Shown piece by piece: positions 9,177-18,155 of a stretch of 64,000 bases of DNA; within the stretch, counting starts at the first letter, position 1, and every line of letters begins with the position of its first letter. Below the pieces are notes generated by a model. The model was not told the origin of the DNA. It searched no databases and saw only the letters and a program-made list of their open reading frames with translations. This stretch comes from Nitrospirota bacterium (GTDB lineage: Bacteria; Nitrospirota; UBA9217). The stretch spans positions 1,659,172 to 1,723,171 of the forward strand of contig CAVVUN010000015.1 in the NCBI GenBank assembly GCA_963751455.1, in the 5' to 3' direction. The position numbers were made by a program, and so were the translations under genes.

Positions 9177-9746
9177 ATGTCATTTCTTACTGTCCTCTTC
9201 ATTTCCTTCGGGTTGATCTTCATTGCCGAACTTGGCGACAAGACGCAGCTTATGGTCTTTACGCTTGCGCTCCGGTTCGGCGGAAAGCCGGTGCTCGCAG
9301 GTGCTTTTCTCGCATTTGCCCTGCTGTCCGGCAGCGCGGCCATCATCGGCAAGGGGCTTGGCGGACTCTTTTCTCAGGAACTGATTACCGGCATATCAGC
9401 CTGGATATTCATTCTTTTCGGAACATACATACTGTTTGCCTCAAAAGAAGAAAGCGGGCAGGAACAGACAAAACCGTCGACAGGGGCAGGCGTGGTCGCA
9501 GCATTCAGCCTGATCGCCATTTCCGAAATGGGAGACAAAACCCAGATAGCGACTCTTCTTCTGTCGGTAAAATACAGGACCTTTTTTTCCGTGTTTCTAG
9601 GCAGCCTTGCAGCACTGACCCTCTCCTCCCTGATCGGCATCCTGCTTGCCGGCAGGCTCAATAAATATATCCCCGCCAAAGTGGTCGCTCCTGCAGCAGG
9701 CATCCTGTTTATTCTGCTTGGCATCGGCACGATCATATTTGCCTGA
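9177..9746 (+). CDS. TMEM165/GDT1 (UPF0016) family cation transporter
   Basis: Two E-x-G-D-K-T motifs (AELGDKTQ, SEMGDKTQ) in a membrane protein. Confidence 0.92.
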   Translation: MSFLTVLFISFGLIFIAELGDKTQLMVFTLALRFGGKPVLAGAFLAFALLSGSAAIIGKGLGGLFSQELITGISAWIFILFGTYILFASKEESGQEQTKPSTGAGVVAAFSLIAISEMGDKTQIATLLLSVKYRTFFSVFLGSLAALTLSSLIGILLAGRLNKYIPAKVVAPAAGILFILLGIGTIIFA

Positions 9747-9782
9747 AAATCCCCTCAAAAACCCATAGGTCTATGTTTTTTA

Positions 9783-9811
9783 TTGACAATATTGTGCGCT
9801 TGCACTAAAAT
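9783..9811 (+). promoter_or_regulatory. Sigma70-type promoter
   Basis: TTGACA-17 bp-TAAAAT upstream of AGGAGG RBS. Confidence 0.65.
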
Positions 9812-9844
9812 TAAACAATCGTTTTATAATACAGGAGGTTCGAT

Positions 9845-10267
9845 TTGTCGACCAGAGCGAAATTATTTACAGTATTGTTCAGTATCCTTTTCCCTTTGGC
9901 AGCGCTGGCCCAGGCGCAATTTCCGCTTATCGGCGCAGATGATGTAAAAGTCCACTTAAAGGGAAAGCGGGCGGTTTTGATCGATACCAGGAATCCTGAT
10001 GAATATCGTTCAGGGCATATACCGGGTGCCATCAATATCCCGGCGGAGCAGGTGAAACTGCAGGCGAGTCGTCTTCCAAAAGACAAGTCCGTTCCGCTAA
10101 TTTTTTACTGCAGGGGGGCCGGCTGATCGCTCAGCAGTATGGCCGCAGGGGCGGCCACAGAGCTGGGATATAAGAAACTGATGATTTACCAGGCAGGTAT
10201 GCCGGACTGGTTGATGAAGGGCTACCCGGTGATAAAAGGCGGTCAACCGGGAAAATTCAACAACTAA
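9845..10267 (+). CDS. Exported rhodanese-domain protein with in-frame UGA (probable selenocysteine)
   Basis: IDTR...EY..GHIPGA; FYCRGAG-TGA-SLSSMAA...GY......AGMPDW...GYPV completes the domain after the UGA at 10124-10126. Confidence 0.8.
10141..10156 (+). promoter_or_regulatory. Candidate bacterial SECIS hairpin
   Basis: GGCCGC-AGGG-GCGGCC starting 14 nt after the UGA. Confidence 0.65.
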
Positions 10268-10268
10268 T

Positions 10269-10396
10269 CCTTACCCGGACAAGCCGGATCAAATCTTTGA
10301 ACCGCAAAGGCGCAAAGGTCGCGAAGGACATCTAAAGATTGTTTGATTTAAAATCAAGGCCAGGATTTTCTTTGCGTTCTTCGCGTTTTCGCGGTA
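10269..10396 (+). repeat. CCCGGACAAGCCGG hairpin plus CGCAAAG-type nonamer inverted arms
   Basis: Same layout as 55658-55840 and (reverse) 57460-57741. Confidence 0.75.
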
Positions 10397-10409
10397 AAAA
10401 TTTTGTTTT

Positions 10410-11198
10410 ATGATGAAGAGAGAAAAGACAAATTATACAATCCAAGCCGTGTCTCATGCCTTCGATATTCTTGAGTCGTTCACAAAGACCGACCACGAAC
10501 TCGGCGTTACCGAGCTGTCCAAGCGGCTGGGACTGCATAAGAACAACGTATTCCGGCTTCTTGCCACGCTTGAACACCGCGGTTATATAGAGCAGAACAA
10601 GGCGACCGAAAGCTACCGGCTGGGTCCGAAGACGCTCCAAATCGGCGTAATATTCATCGAACAGCGCGAATGCCGGCGCCAGGCGCGCCCTATCCTCGAG
10701 AACCTTGCGGCTGCCTGCGGAGAAACCGCCGTAGTCGGTGTTCTCCGCGCCGGCCAGGTAGTCTTCATGGATGGTGTGGAGACCCAAAGAACCGTGCGCG
10801 TTGCCTCCCGAATAGGACAAATCCTTCCGGCGCACTGTACAGCTGTGGGCAAGGTTCAGCTCGCAATGCTTGCTCCTGCCGATATCGAACAGCTTTATAC
10901 TGAAACGAAGCTTACGGTACTGACCGAAAAGAGCATCAAAACCCGGGAACTGCTCCTGACGGAACTGAAAGCAATCGCCGAGAAAGGATATGCTCTCGAG
11001 AACGAAGAGTGCGACGCCGAGGTCAGGAGTATTGCCGTTCCGGTCAGGGATTTCTCGAAAAAAGTAATTGCCGCCCTGGCCATCACAGCGCCGGCTGTCA
11101 GGCTTACGGACGAGCATCTCGACAAGGCCGGCATAACTAAGCTTCTCATTGAAGCAGGCCGCAGCCTGTCGCAAAAACTGGGACACTCGTGTCAGTAA
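10410..11198 (+). CDS. IclR family transcriptional regulator
   Basis: N-terminal HTH (LGVTELSKRLGLHKNNVFRLL) and PAHCTAVGK effector domain. Confidence 0.93.
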   Translation: MMKREKTNYTIQAVSHAFDILESFTKTDHELGVTELSKRLGLHKNNVFRLLATLEHRGYIEQNKATESYRLGPKTLQIGVIFIEQRECRRQARPILENLAAACGETAVVGVLRAGQVVFMDGVETQRTVRVASRIGQILPAHCTAVGKVQLAMLAPADIEQLYTETKLTVLTEKSIKTRELLLTELKAIAEKGYALENEECDAEVRSIAVPVRDFSKKVIAALAITAPAVRLTDEHLDKAGITKLLIEAGRSLSQKLGHSCQ

Positions 11199-11311
11199 AT
11201 ACCCCGGCTTGAGGTGCGGCATTCGGCAGGTTTGGTCTCCCTGCCCGTGCTAAGTATTCGGTTTTTATAATTTATTGACACTTTTATTTATCCTGTGTTA
11301 TTATCGTGCGG

Positions 11312-12169
11312 ATGATTGAACAAAAATGGGATCGTCTCAAAGCGCTGCTTCGGGAAATGCAGCATGCGGTGATCGCCTATTCCGGAGGCGTTGACAGTTC
11401 CCTTCTTCTCAAAGCCGCATCCGAAGTACTAGGTCCTCATTTCATCGCCGTCACCGCGGTTTCAGAAACATACCCGCCGCGTGAACTCGATGCAGCCACG
11501 GCGTTCGCCCGTTCCTTGGGCATAACCCACCGCGTTATCCGAACCTCAGAACTTTTATCCGAAGATTTTGTTAAAAACCCGCCCGAGAGATGCTATTTCT
11601 GCAAAAAGGAATTATTCGCCAGGCTGAGGCAGATTGCTGACACCGAGGGCATTACCTTTGTCCTTGATGGCGCCAATACGGATGATGTCAAGGATTATCG
11701 TCCCGGGTCGAAAGCGGCAGCCGAATTTTCTGTAAGAAGCCCGCTCAGGGAGGCCGACTTTTCGAAATCGGATGTCCGCGAATGCGCGCGCATGCTGTCC
11801 GTCCCCTCGTGGGACAAGCCGTCGCTCGCCTGCCTCTCTTCCCGGATCCCGTACGGAACCAGAATAACGCCCGGGTTGCTGCATACGATCGACGCGGCCG
11901 AGGACCTGCTGCGCGGACTCGGTTTGCGCCAGGTTCGTGTCCGCCATCACGGAGATACCGCACGAATCGAGGCGGACCCTGCTGATTTTCACGCACTATT
12001 CGCAGATGGAGCGGCCTTGAAGATCGTTGCCCGGTTCAAAGAACTGGGATATACTTACGTCTGCCTTGATCTTGAAGGGTACCGGACCGGGAGTATGAAT
12101 GAGGGACTTATGGAGCTAGCCGACCGTGTCGGCGTAAAAAATAACGGCAACACCCTGCTCTTGCGATAA
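11312..12169 (+). CDS. larE: ATP-dependent sacrificial sulfur transferase LarE
   Basis: AYSGGVDS PP-loop, RCYFCK, CLSSRIPYG, GYRTGSMN; last ~19 codons derive from a mini element. Confidence 0.9.
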   Translation: MIEQKWDRLKALLREMQHAVIAYSGGVDSSLLLKAASEVLGPHFIAVTAVSETYPPRELDAATAFARSLGITHRVIRTSELLSEDFVKNPPERCYFCKKELFARLRQIADTEGITFVLDGANTDDVKDYRPGSKAAAEFSVRSPLREADFSKSDVRECARMLSVPSWDKPSLACLSSRIPYGTRITPGLLHTIDAAEDLLRGLGLRQVRVRHHGDTARIEADPADFHALFADGAALKIVARFKELGYTYVCLDLEGYRTGSMNEGLMELADRVGVKNNGNTLLLR

Positions 12170-12199
12170 CGCGGGTGCAGGCACGGTTGCCTCGGTCCA
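12111..12199 (+). mobile_element. Miniature RAYT-end doublet with a secondary insertion in its right hairpin loop
   Basis: TGGAGCTAGCCGACCGTGTCGGCGT...ACGGCAACA[insert]CACGGTTGCCTCGGTCCA. Confidence 0.85.
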
Positions 12200-12211
12200 A
12201 AAGGGGAAAAA

Positions 12212-13489
12212 ATGAAGATTCTGATCGTTGGCGGCGGTGGAAGGGAACATGCACTGGCCTGGAAGGTCGCGCAAAGTCCCCGGGTGAAGAAGATTTATGC
12301 TGCGCCCGGAAACGCCGGTATCTCTCAGGTTGCCGAATGCGTGCCGATCCAGGCCGAAGACATACCCCGGCTTCTGGACTTCGCCAAAACTCATGCAGTC
12401 GATCTTACGATCGTGGGGCCCGAAGGACCGCTTTCAATGGGGATTGTCGACGAATTTGAGAAAGCGGGATTGCGGATTTTCGGCCCCAGCGGTAGGGCTG
12501 CCTTGATAGAAGCGAGCAAGCAGTTTTCAAAGGACCTTATGAAAAAATACCGGATACCGACGGCCGGGTATGGCGTATTTTCGGACAAGGCGTCCGCCCA
12601 GGCATACATCCGGGAGAAGGGCGCCCCGATCGTGGTTAAGGCAGACGGCCTTGCAGCCGGGAAGGGCGTGATAGTTGCGGAGTCCGTTGATGAGGCCATC
12701 ACAGCACTTGACATGATCATCTCTCAAAGGGCGTTCGGGTCGGCAGGTGACCGCGTCGTGATCGAGGAGTGCCTGAAGGGAGAGGAAGCGTCGTTTATGG
12801 CCTTCACGGACGGCAAAACCGTGGTGCCCATGGCTTCTTCCCAGGACCACAAACGAGTCTTCGACGGAGACAAGGGGCCGAATACCGGAGGCATGGGCGC
12901 TTATTCGCCCGCGCCGATTGTGACCAGAAAACTCGAGCGGCAAATCATGGAAAAGATAATGGTTCCCACGGTACGGGCCATGGAAAAAGAAGGACGGTTG
13001 TTTAAAGGTATCCTGTATGCCGGCGTCATGATATACGAGAATGAGGCCAAAGTGCTCGAGTTTAACGCGCGTTTCGGGGACCCTGAGACCCAGCCGATCA
13101 TGGCCAGGCTCGACACGGATATTATCACGATCATTGATGCGATACTTGACGGCACGCTTTCACGGCTCGACATCGCCTGGAAGCCTGATTCCGCCGTTTG
13201 TGTGGTCATGGCTTCGGGCGGTTATCCCGGCACATACGACAAAGGCGCGGAGATCAGGGGGCTTGAAAAAGCCGGCAGCCATAAGAATGTGACGGTCTTC
13301 CACTCAGGGACTTCATTAAACAACGGCAAGGTCGTGACGGCCGGGGGCCGGGTGCTGGGCGTTACGGGCCGTGGAGCGGTAATAGCTGCGGCAATCGATA
13401 ACGCGTATGCGGCAGTACGGGACATCGATTTCGAAGGGGCGCATTATCGGCGCGACATCGGCGCACGGGCGCTTGAGATCGGAAGCTGA
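12212..13489 (+). CDS. purD: Phosphoribosylamine-glycine ligase
   Basis: GGGGREHA, KADGLAAGKGV, GPNTGGMG and RFGDPETQ motifs. Confidence 0.97.
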   Translation: MKILIVGGGGREHALAWKVAQSPRVKKIYAAPGNAGISQVAECVPIQAEDIPRLLDFAKTHAVDLTIVGPEGPLSMGIVDEFEKAGLRIFGPSGRAALIEASKQFSKDLMKKYRIPTAGYGVFSDKASAQAYIREKGAPIVVKADGLAAGKGVIVAESVDEAITALDMIISQRAFGSAGDRVVIEECLKGEEASFMAFTDGKTVVPMASSQDHKRVFDGDKGPNTGGMGAYSPAPIVTRKLERQIMEKIMVPTVRAMEKEGRLFKGILYAGVMIYENEAKVLEFNARFGDPETQPIMARLDTDIITIIDAILDGTLSRLDIAWKPDSAVCVVMASGGYPGTYDKGAEIRGLEKAGSHKNVTVFHSGTSLNNGKVVTAGGRVLGVTGRGAVIAAAIDNAYAAVRDIDFEGAHYRRDIGARALEIGS

Positions 13490-13515
13490 ACGGCCGAAAA
13501 TAATTGCAAAGTCCC

Positions 13516-14280
13516 ATGAAAAAAGCGACCGAAAAGAACATCACCGATTTTTTGAACAAGACCCTTAGCGTCCGGAAAATACGGGATTCCTCGGTGAACG
13601 GATTGCAGGTGAGGTCGCGGGCCAGGACAGAAATCAGGAAGGTCGGTTTTGCAGTTGATGCATGCATGCCGACTTTTGAAAAGGCGAAAAAAGAAGGTGT
13701 TGAACTGCTGGTTGTGCACCACGGTATCAAGTGGAAACCGCAAAAAGACCGTGTTCTGGCAGGCAAGAGAACGGCATACCTCCGGAAAAACACTATCGGG
13801 CTTTACGCGGCGCATCTGCCTCTCGATTTGCACAAGAAATACGGAAATAATATCCGGCTCGCAGAAGCGCTGGAACTCGGGAACAGCAGGAAGTTCGGCC
13901 AATATCATGGTGTCAAGATAGGCTTAGCGGGAACACTGAAAGCTCCGATGAAGCTTTCTTCAATCAGGCAGGCCCTGAGCGGGTATTTACAGTCGCCGTG
14001 CAGCATGTTCCGCTTTGGAAAAGAGCCAATTCGCACAGTCGGAATCATCTCGGGCGGCGGAGGCAGCATGCTGTCCCAGGCTGTGGAGGAGCACCTCGAC
14101 TGCTTTGTGGTGGGCGAGATCGACTTGGCCGTTTATAATGCTGCAAAAGACTACGGCATGAACCTGGTTCTCGGCGGTCACTATGCAACTGAAACGGTAG
14201 GTGTGAAGGCGTTGATGCCTCTCGTCGCCGGCGCCTTCGATGTAGAGACGGTGTTTATCGAGGACAAGAAAAGATTGTAA
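13516..14280 (+). CDS. Nif3-like dinuclear metal centre protein
   Basis: NGLQV, VHHG, HLPLDLH and GHYATE motifs. Confidence 0.9.
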   Translation: MKKATEKNITDFLNKTLSVRKIRDSSVNGLQVRSRARTEIRKVGFAVDACMPTFEKAKKEGVELLVVHHGIKWKPQKDRVLAGKRTAYLRKNTIGLYAAHLPLDLHKKYGNNIRLAEALELGNSRKFGQYHGVKIGLAGTLKAPMKLSSIRQALSGYLQSPCSMFRFGKEPIRTVGIISGGGGSMLSQAVEEHLDCFVVGEIDLAVYNAAKDYGMNLVLGGHYATETVGVKALMPLVAGAFDVETVFIEDKKRL

Positions 14281-14282
14281 GG

Positions 14283-14378
14283 TTTTCCGTTTTGTCCGGT
14301 TTGTCGGGTTTATCTGGTTTATTTGGTTGACAGCCAAACCAAACAAACCAAAGAAACTAAATAAACTAAGATAAACAA
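14283..14378. repeat. Inverted arms of GTTTGTCNG-type nonamer tandem repeats
   Basis: GTTTGTCGG GTTTATCTG GTTTATTTG facing CAAACAAAC CAAAGAAAC TAAATAAAC. Confidence 0.75.
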
Positions 14379-14407
14379 CAATCAGGAATAACGAGAAGGG
14401 AGTTGCT

Positions 14408-15046
14408 ATGGGTAAACCAGTTGTAGGGATATTGATGGGGAGCGATTCGGACCTGCCCATCATGCAGGAAGCAGCGGCCATGCTGCAGGAATTCAGCATC
14501 GAATACGAGATGACGATAGCGTCGGCGCACCGGTCGCCGAAAAAAGCGCTCGAGTACAGCCAGAGCGCCGAACGCCGGGGAGTGAAGGTCCTCATCGCGG
14601 GGGCCGGCTGGGCCGCGCATCTCGCCGGTTTTGTAGCGTCGCAGACGACGCTGCCGGTCATTGGCGTGCCGATCGATTCTTCACCTCTGAAGGGCATCGA
14701 TGCCCTGCTGTCAACCGCCCAGATGCCGGGCGGGGTGCCGGTGGCCACGATGTCACTCGGCAAGGCGGGGGCCAAGAACGCAGGCGTATTTGCGGCTCAG
14801 ATCCTTGCGCTCAGCGACGTGAAGATCGCCAACCGGCTCAAAGTCTTCAAAGTTGAAATGGAGCGGGAGGTCGAGGACAAAGGCAAGAAGCTTGCCGCTA
14901 TCTCATCCGTCATTACTCCTAAACGCGAGCCAATCGCTGCGGCCGAGCCCGAAAAGGCGTCACCGGCAGCGAAGAAGAAGCCGCGCCGCAGGCGATGGAA
15001 GAAAAAGCCCGGCGGTTCAGCTCCGGCGCAGGGACCGGCATCTTGA
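14408..15046 (+). CDS. purE: N5-carboxyaminoimidazole ribonucleotide mutase
   Basis: MGSDSD, SAHR, AAHL, PVIGVP and QMPGGVPVAT motifs; basic C-terminal tail. Confidence 0.95.
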   Translation: MGKPVVGILMGSDSDLPIMQEAAAMLQEFSIEYEMTIASAHRSPKKALEYSQSAERRGVKVLIAGAGWAAHLAGFVASQTTLPVIGVPIDSSPLKGIDALLSTAQMPGGVPVATMSLGKAGAKNAGVFAAQILALSDVKIANRLKVFKVEMEREVEDKGKKLAAISSVITPKREPIAAAEPEKASPAAKKKPRRRRWKKKPGGSAPAQGPAS

Positions 15047-15945
15047 AGACCGAGCTCGACTGTCTGCCGTGTTTCTCAAGGCAGATAGAAAGAACGCTGA
15101 ATTACGCGGGCGTGTCCGGCGACGAAAGCCGCCGGATAAGGAGCATGGCCCAGAGCGTCATCGACGCAGCTTCTTTCAAAGAAGTGCCGGCCCGCACGAC
15201 AACGGTCATTCACCGGATATTACGCCAACAGACCGGCGTGGATCCGTATCGCGCGCTGAAGCAGCTCTACAACCGGATCGCGCTTGAAAAGCTGTCAATG
15301 CTGAGGCAACGGGCAGCCGAAACTCCGGATCGCCTTGAAGGCGCCGTCCGCGTAGCTATAGCAGGCAATGTGATCGACTTCGGGATCTATGAAACGATCG
15401 ATCTCGACCGGGCAATCGATGAATCATTCCTCCTTCCCCTTTCGGAACCCGATTACCGGGCGTTTGCACGGTCCGTTGAAGATGCGCGAAAGATCCTGTA
15501 CCTCTGTGACAACGCTGGAGAGATCGTGTTCGACCGTGTTCTGATCGACACCCTGCGAAGCATGGGCAAGGACGTCATCGCGGCGGTCAAGGGATCGCCG
15601 GTCATCAACGACGCGACGCGGGAGGACGCTTCCGCCGCGGGACTTCAGGAATGCGGGACGGTCATCGACAACGGCAATGACGGGATCGGGACCCTGCTCG
15701 AGGCCTGTTCGTCTGAATTCTCGGACGCCTTCCGGTCTGCTGACATCATTATCAGTAAAGGGCAGGCAAACTACGAAACCCTGGTCGAGACCGCGGATGA
15801 GCGCATATTTTTTCTTTTTAAAGTAAAATGTTCCGTTGTTGCGCGTGCGCTCAATCGCCGAGACGGAGATATCGTGCTGCTGAGGAATATCGAGTACCGT
15901 CATGGGCGGGATCCAGAAAAGTGCCTATTGAGATCATCAAAATAA
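15043..15945 (+). CDS. DUF89/ARMT1-like damage-control phosphatase
   Basis: DCLPC, GNVIDFG, DNAGEIVFD and KGQANYE motifs; TTG start overlaps the purE stop. Confidence 0.88.
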   Translation: MKTELDCLPCFSRQIERTLNYAGVSGDESRRIRSMAQSVIDAASFKEVPARTTTVIHRILRQQTGVDPYRALKQLYNRIALEKLSMLRQRAAETPDRLEGAVRVAIAGNVIDFGIYETIDLDRAIDESFLLPLSEPDYRAFARSVEDARKILYLCDNAGEIVFDRVLIDTLRSMGKDVIAAVKGSPVINDATREDASAAGLQECGTVIDNGNDGIGTLLEACSSEFSDAFRSADIIISKGQANYETLVETADERIFFLFKVKCSVVARALNRRDGDIVLLRNIEYRHGRDPEKCLLRSSK

Positions 15946-16556
15946 ACAGTGCCGATCCGATCCCGGCCTTTTCCCTGTGCAAGGAAATAATAACGGCAGG
16001 AGGGGTGGTTGTCTATCCGACGGACACGTTTTACGGCCTCGGCGCGGATCCGCGAAACCCGGATGCGGTAAGGAAACTGTTCCGGATCAAAGGGAGAAGT
16101 GCGGGTCACCCTATCCTGCTCCTGATAAAGGATGCTGCAGAAGTCGGGCAGTGGTGTGCCGGGGTCACGCCTCTGGCCGAGCGCCTGATGAAACAATTCT
16201 GGCCAGGGCCGCTGACGCTCGTATTCGAGGCAGGCGTCCGCGTGCTTCCCGAACTGACCGCGGGGACCGGCACGATCGGACTCCGTGTGCCCGGCGGTAA
16301 ATTAACGCTTCAGTTGCTCGAATTTCTCGGGTTTCCCCTGACAGGAACAAGCGCGAACATTTCGGGCGCTCCCAGCCCTCGGTCCGCGCAGGAAGCGGCG
16401 GAAGCTCTTGGCCCGCTTGTGGACCTTGTTCTCGACGGAGGCGAAAGCGCCGAAAGCCGGCCTTCCACAGTCGTGAACGTCATGACCGGGCAGGTGATCC
16501 GCGAGGGAGCGTTAGAATTGCGGAGTTCAGAATGCGGAATTCGGAATAAAAAATAG
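15921..16556 (+). CDS. tsaC: L-threonylcarbamoyladenylate synthase (Sua5/YrdC)
   Basis: YPTDTFYGL, KGR, WPGPLT, TSANISG and PSTVV motifs; tail from heptamer repeats. Confidence 0.9.
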   Translation: MPIEIIKINSADPIPAFSLCKEIITAGGVVVYPTDTFYGLGADPRNPDAVRKLFRIKGRSAGHPILLLIKDAAEVGQWCAGVTPLAERLMKQFWPGPLTLVFEAGVRVLPELTAGTGTIGLRVPGGKLTLQLLEFLGFPLTGTSANISGAPSPRSAQEAAEALGPLVDLVLDGGESAESRPSTVVNVMTGQVIREGALELRSSECGIRNKK

Positions 16557-16589
16557 ACCCTGATAAATTCTTTTTGAAAAGGACGGCTC

Positions 16590-17906
16590 ATGAAAAAAGT
16601 ATTTGTACTGGATACAAACGTAGTGCTGCATGACCCCCGTGCGATCTTTGCATTCGAGGACAATGATGTCGTAATTCCGATTGTCGTGATAGAAGAGCTC
16701 GACAAATTCAAGAAGGGAATAGATGAAATAGGCAGGAACGCGCGCCAGGTATCAAGGATACTTGACGAATACCGGCAGAAGGGGAAACTGTCCCAGGGCG
16801 TCAAACTCGAAGGAGGCGGAAACCTTCGCGTGGAATTAAACCATCAATCCACTGAGCGCCTGCCCGGCGAACTTATTCCAGAAAAGGCGGACAACCGCAT
16901 TCTCGCGACAGCCCTGAATCTCAATCATGAAAACCTCCCGGTCATCCTCGTCACCAAGGACACGAACCTCCGGATAAAAGCGGATGCCGTCGGCCTCCAC
17001 GCAGAGGACTATGAATCGGACAGCGTAACGTTCGACGAACTTTATTCAGGCGAGATGGAGCTCTCGGTCAAACCGGGGGTGATCGAAGAGTTCTATGCCC
17101 ACGGCGAGTTTGTGCCACCCGATCCGAAACCCTACCCGAACGAGTTCGTGCTCCTCAAAAACAGCGCTAACCCGTCGCAGACGGCTTTATCGCGCTTCAG
17201 CCTTCAGAAGAAGGCCCTGGTGCCGATCGTAACCGCAAAGCACGGCGTGTGGGGCATCACGTCGCGGAACAAACAGCAGCAGTTCGCTCTTGATCTGTTG
17301 TTGAACGATGATATCCGTCTCGTAACGCTCGTAGGAAAGGCCGGAACGGGCAAGACCCTTATCGCGCTCGCCGCAGGCCTCGAAAAAACAATCGAAGCAC
17401 GCTCTTTCCAGCGGCTGGTCGTGTCCCGGCCCGTTTTCCCCATGGGAAAAGATATCGGATTCCTCCCTGGAGACATCGAGGAAAAGCTGAAGCCGTGGAT
17501 GCAGCCCGTCCGCGACAATCTCGACTTCCTGGTAGGCTCATCAGGAGGGCCGGGCAGGGTCAAAGGCAAGAAAGACCTCCAAAGCCTCTTCGATCTCGGC
17601 ATGATAGAGGTAGAGCCGCTCACCTACATTCGCGGCAGGAGCATGCCGAACCAGTACCTTATCGTGGATGAAGCGCAGAATCTTACGCCCCATGAAATAA
17701 AGACCATCATCACCCGAGCAGGCGAAGGTACCAAAATAATATTGACCGGCGACCCATATCAGATTGACAACCCTTACATTGACGCCTCAAGCAACGGTCT
17801 TACCTTCGTCGTCGAGCGGTTCAAGGAAGAAGCCATCGCAGGCCATATTACACTGGTCAAGGGTGAGCGTTCGGACCTGGCCGAGCTGGCGGCAACCCTG
17901 CTGTAA
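16590..17906 (+). CDS. PIN-PhoH family protein
   Basis: LDTNV PIN domain; GKAGTGKT, GFLPG, YIRGRS and DEAQN motifs. Confidence 0.93.
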   Translation: MKKVFVLDTNVVLHDPRAIFAFEDNDVVIPIVVIEELDKFKKGIDEIGRNARQVSRILDEYRQKGKLSQGVKLEGGGNLRVELNHQSTERLPGELIPEKADNRILATALNLNHENLPVILVTKDTNLRIKADAVGLHAEDYESDSVTFDELYSGEMELSVKPGVIEEFYAHGEFVPPDPKPYPNEFVLLKNSANPSQTALSRFSLQKKALVPIVTAKHGVWGITSRNKQQQFALDLLLNDDIRLVTLVGKAGTGKTLIALAAGLEKTIEARSFQRLVVSRPVFPMGKDIGFLPGDIEEKLKPWMQPVRDNLDFLVGSSGGPGRVKGKKDLQSLFDLGMIEVEPLTYIRGRSMPNQYLIVDEAQNLTPHEIKTIITRAGEGTKIILTGDPYQIDNPYIDASSNGLTFVVERFKEEAIAGHITLVKGERSDLAELAATLL

Positions 17907-17919
17907 ATTTCATCAGTTA

Positions 17920-18076
17920 CCTGGAAAAGGCAATTGGACGCAGATGAACGCGGATTTCGCAGATAAACGAAAAAGTTGATACACCCCCCTCCAAAGGGGG
18001 GTCGCGATGCGACGTCAGACCCAGGATTAAAAAGACTCTGCGTTTATCCGATTTTTCTGCATCCGTTCTTTTCAGG
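17920..18076. mobile_element. Diverged member of the CCT...AGG MITE family
   Basis: CCTGGAAAAGGCAATTGGACGCAGATG...TTTTCAGG, similar to 51185-51358; no clean target duplication. Confidence 0.55.
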
Positions 18077-18155
18077 ATGATTTATCTCACCTCACATCTT
18101 TTCTAAACCTCTTTGAAAAAGGGGATTAAAGGCGATTCTCTGAGCAGGCAGGTCG

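Noticed and set aside
18085-18140. Hairpin fragments CCTCTTTGAAAAAGGGG and (55610-55645) CTCTCCCTTGATGGGAGAG
   Set aside because: Look like further degenerate REP-like families, but each occurs once and its boundaries could not be defined.
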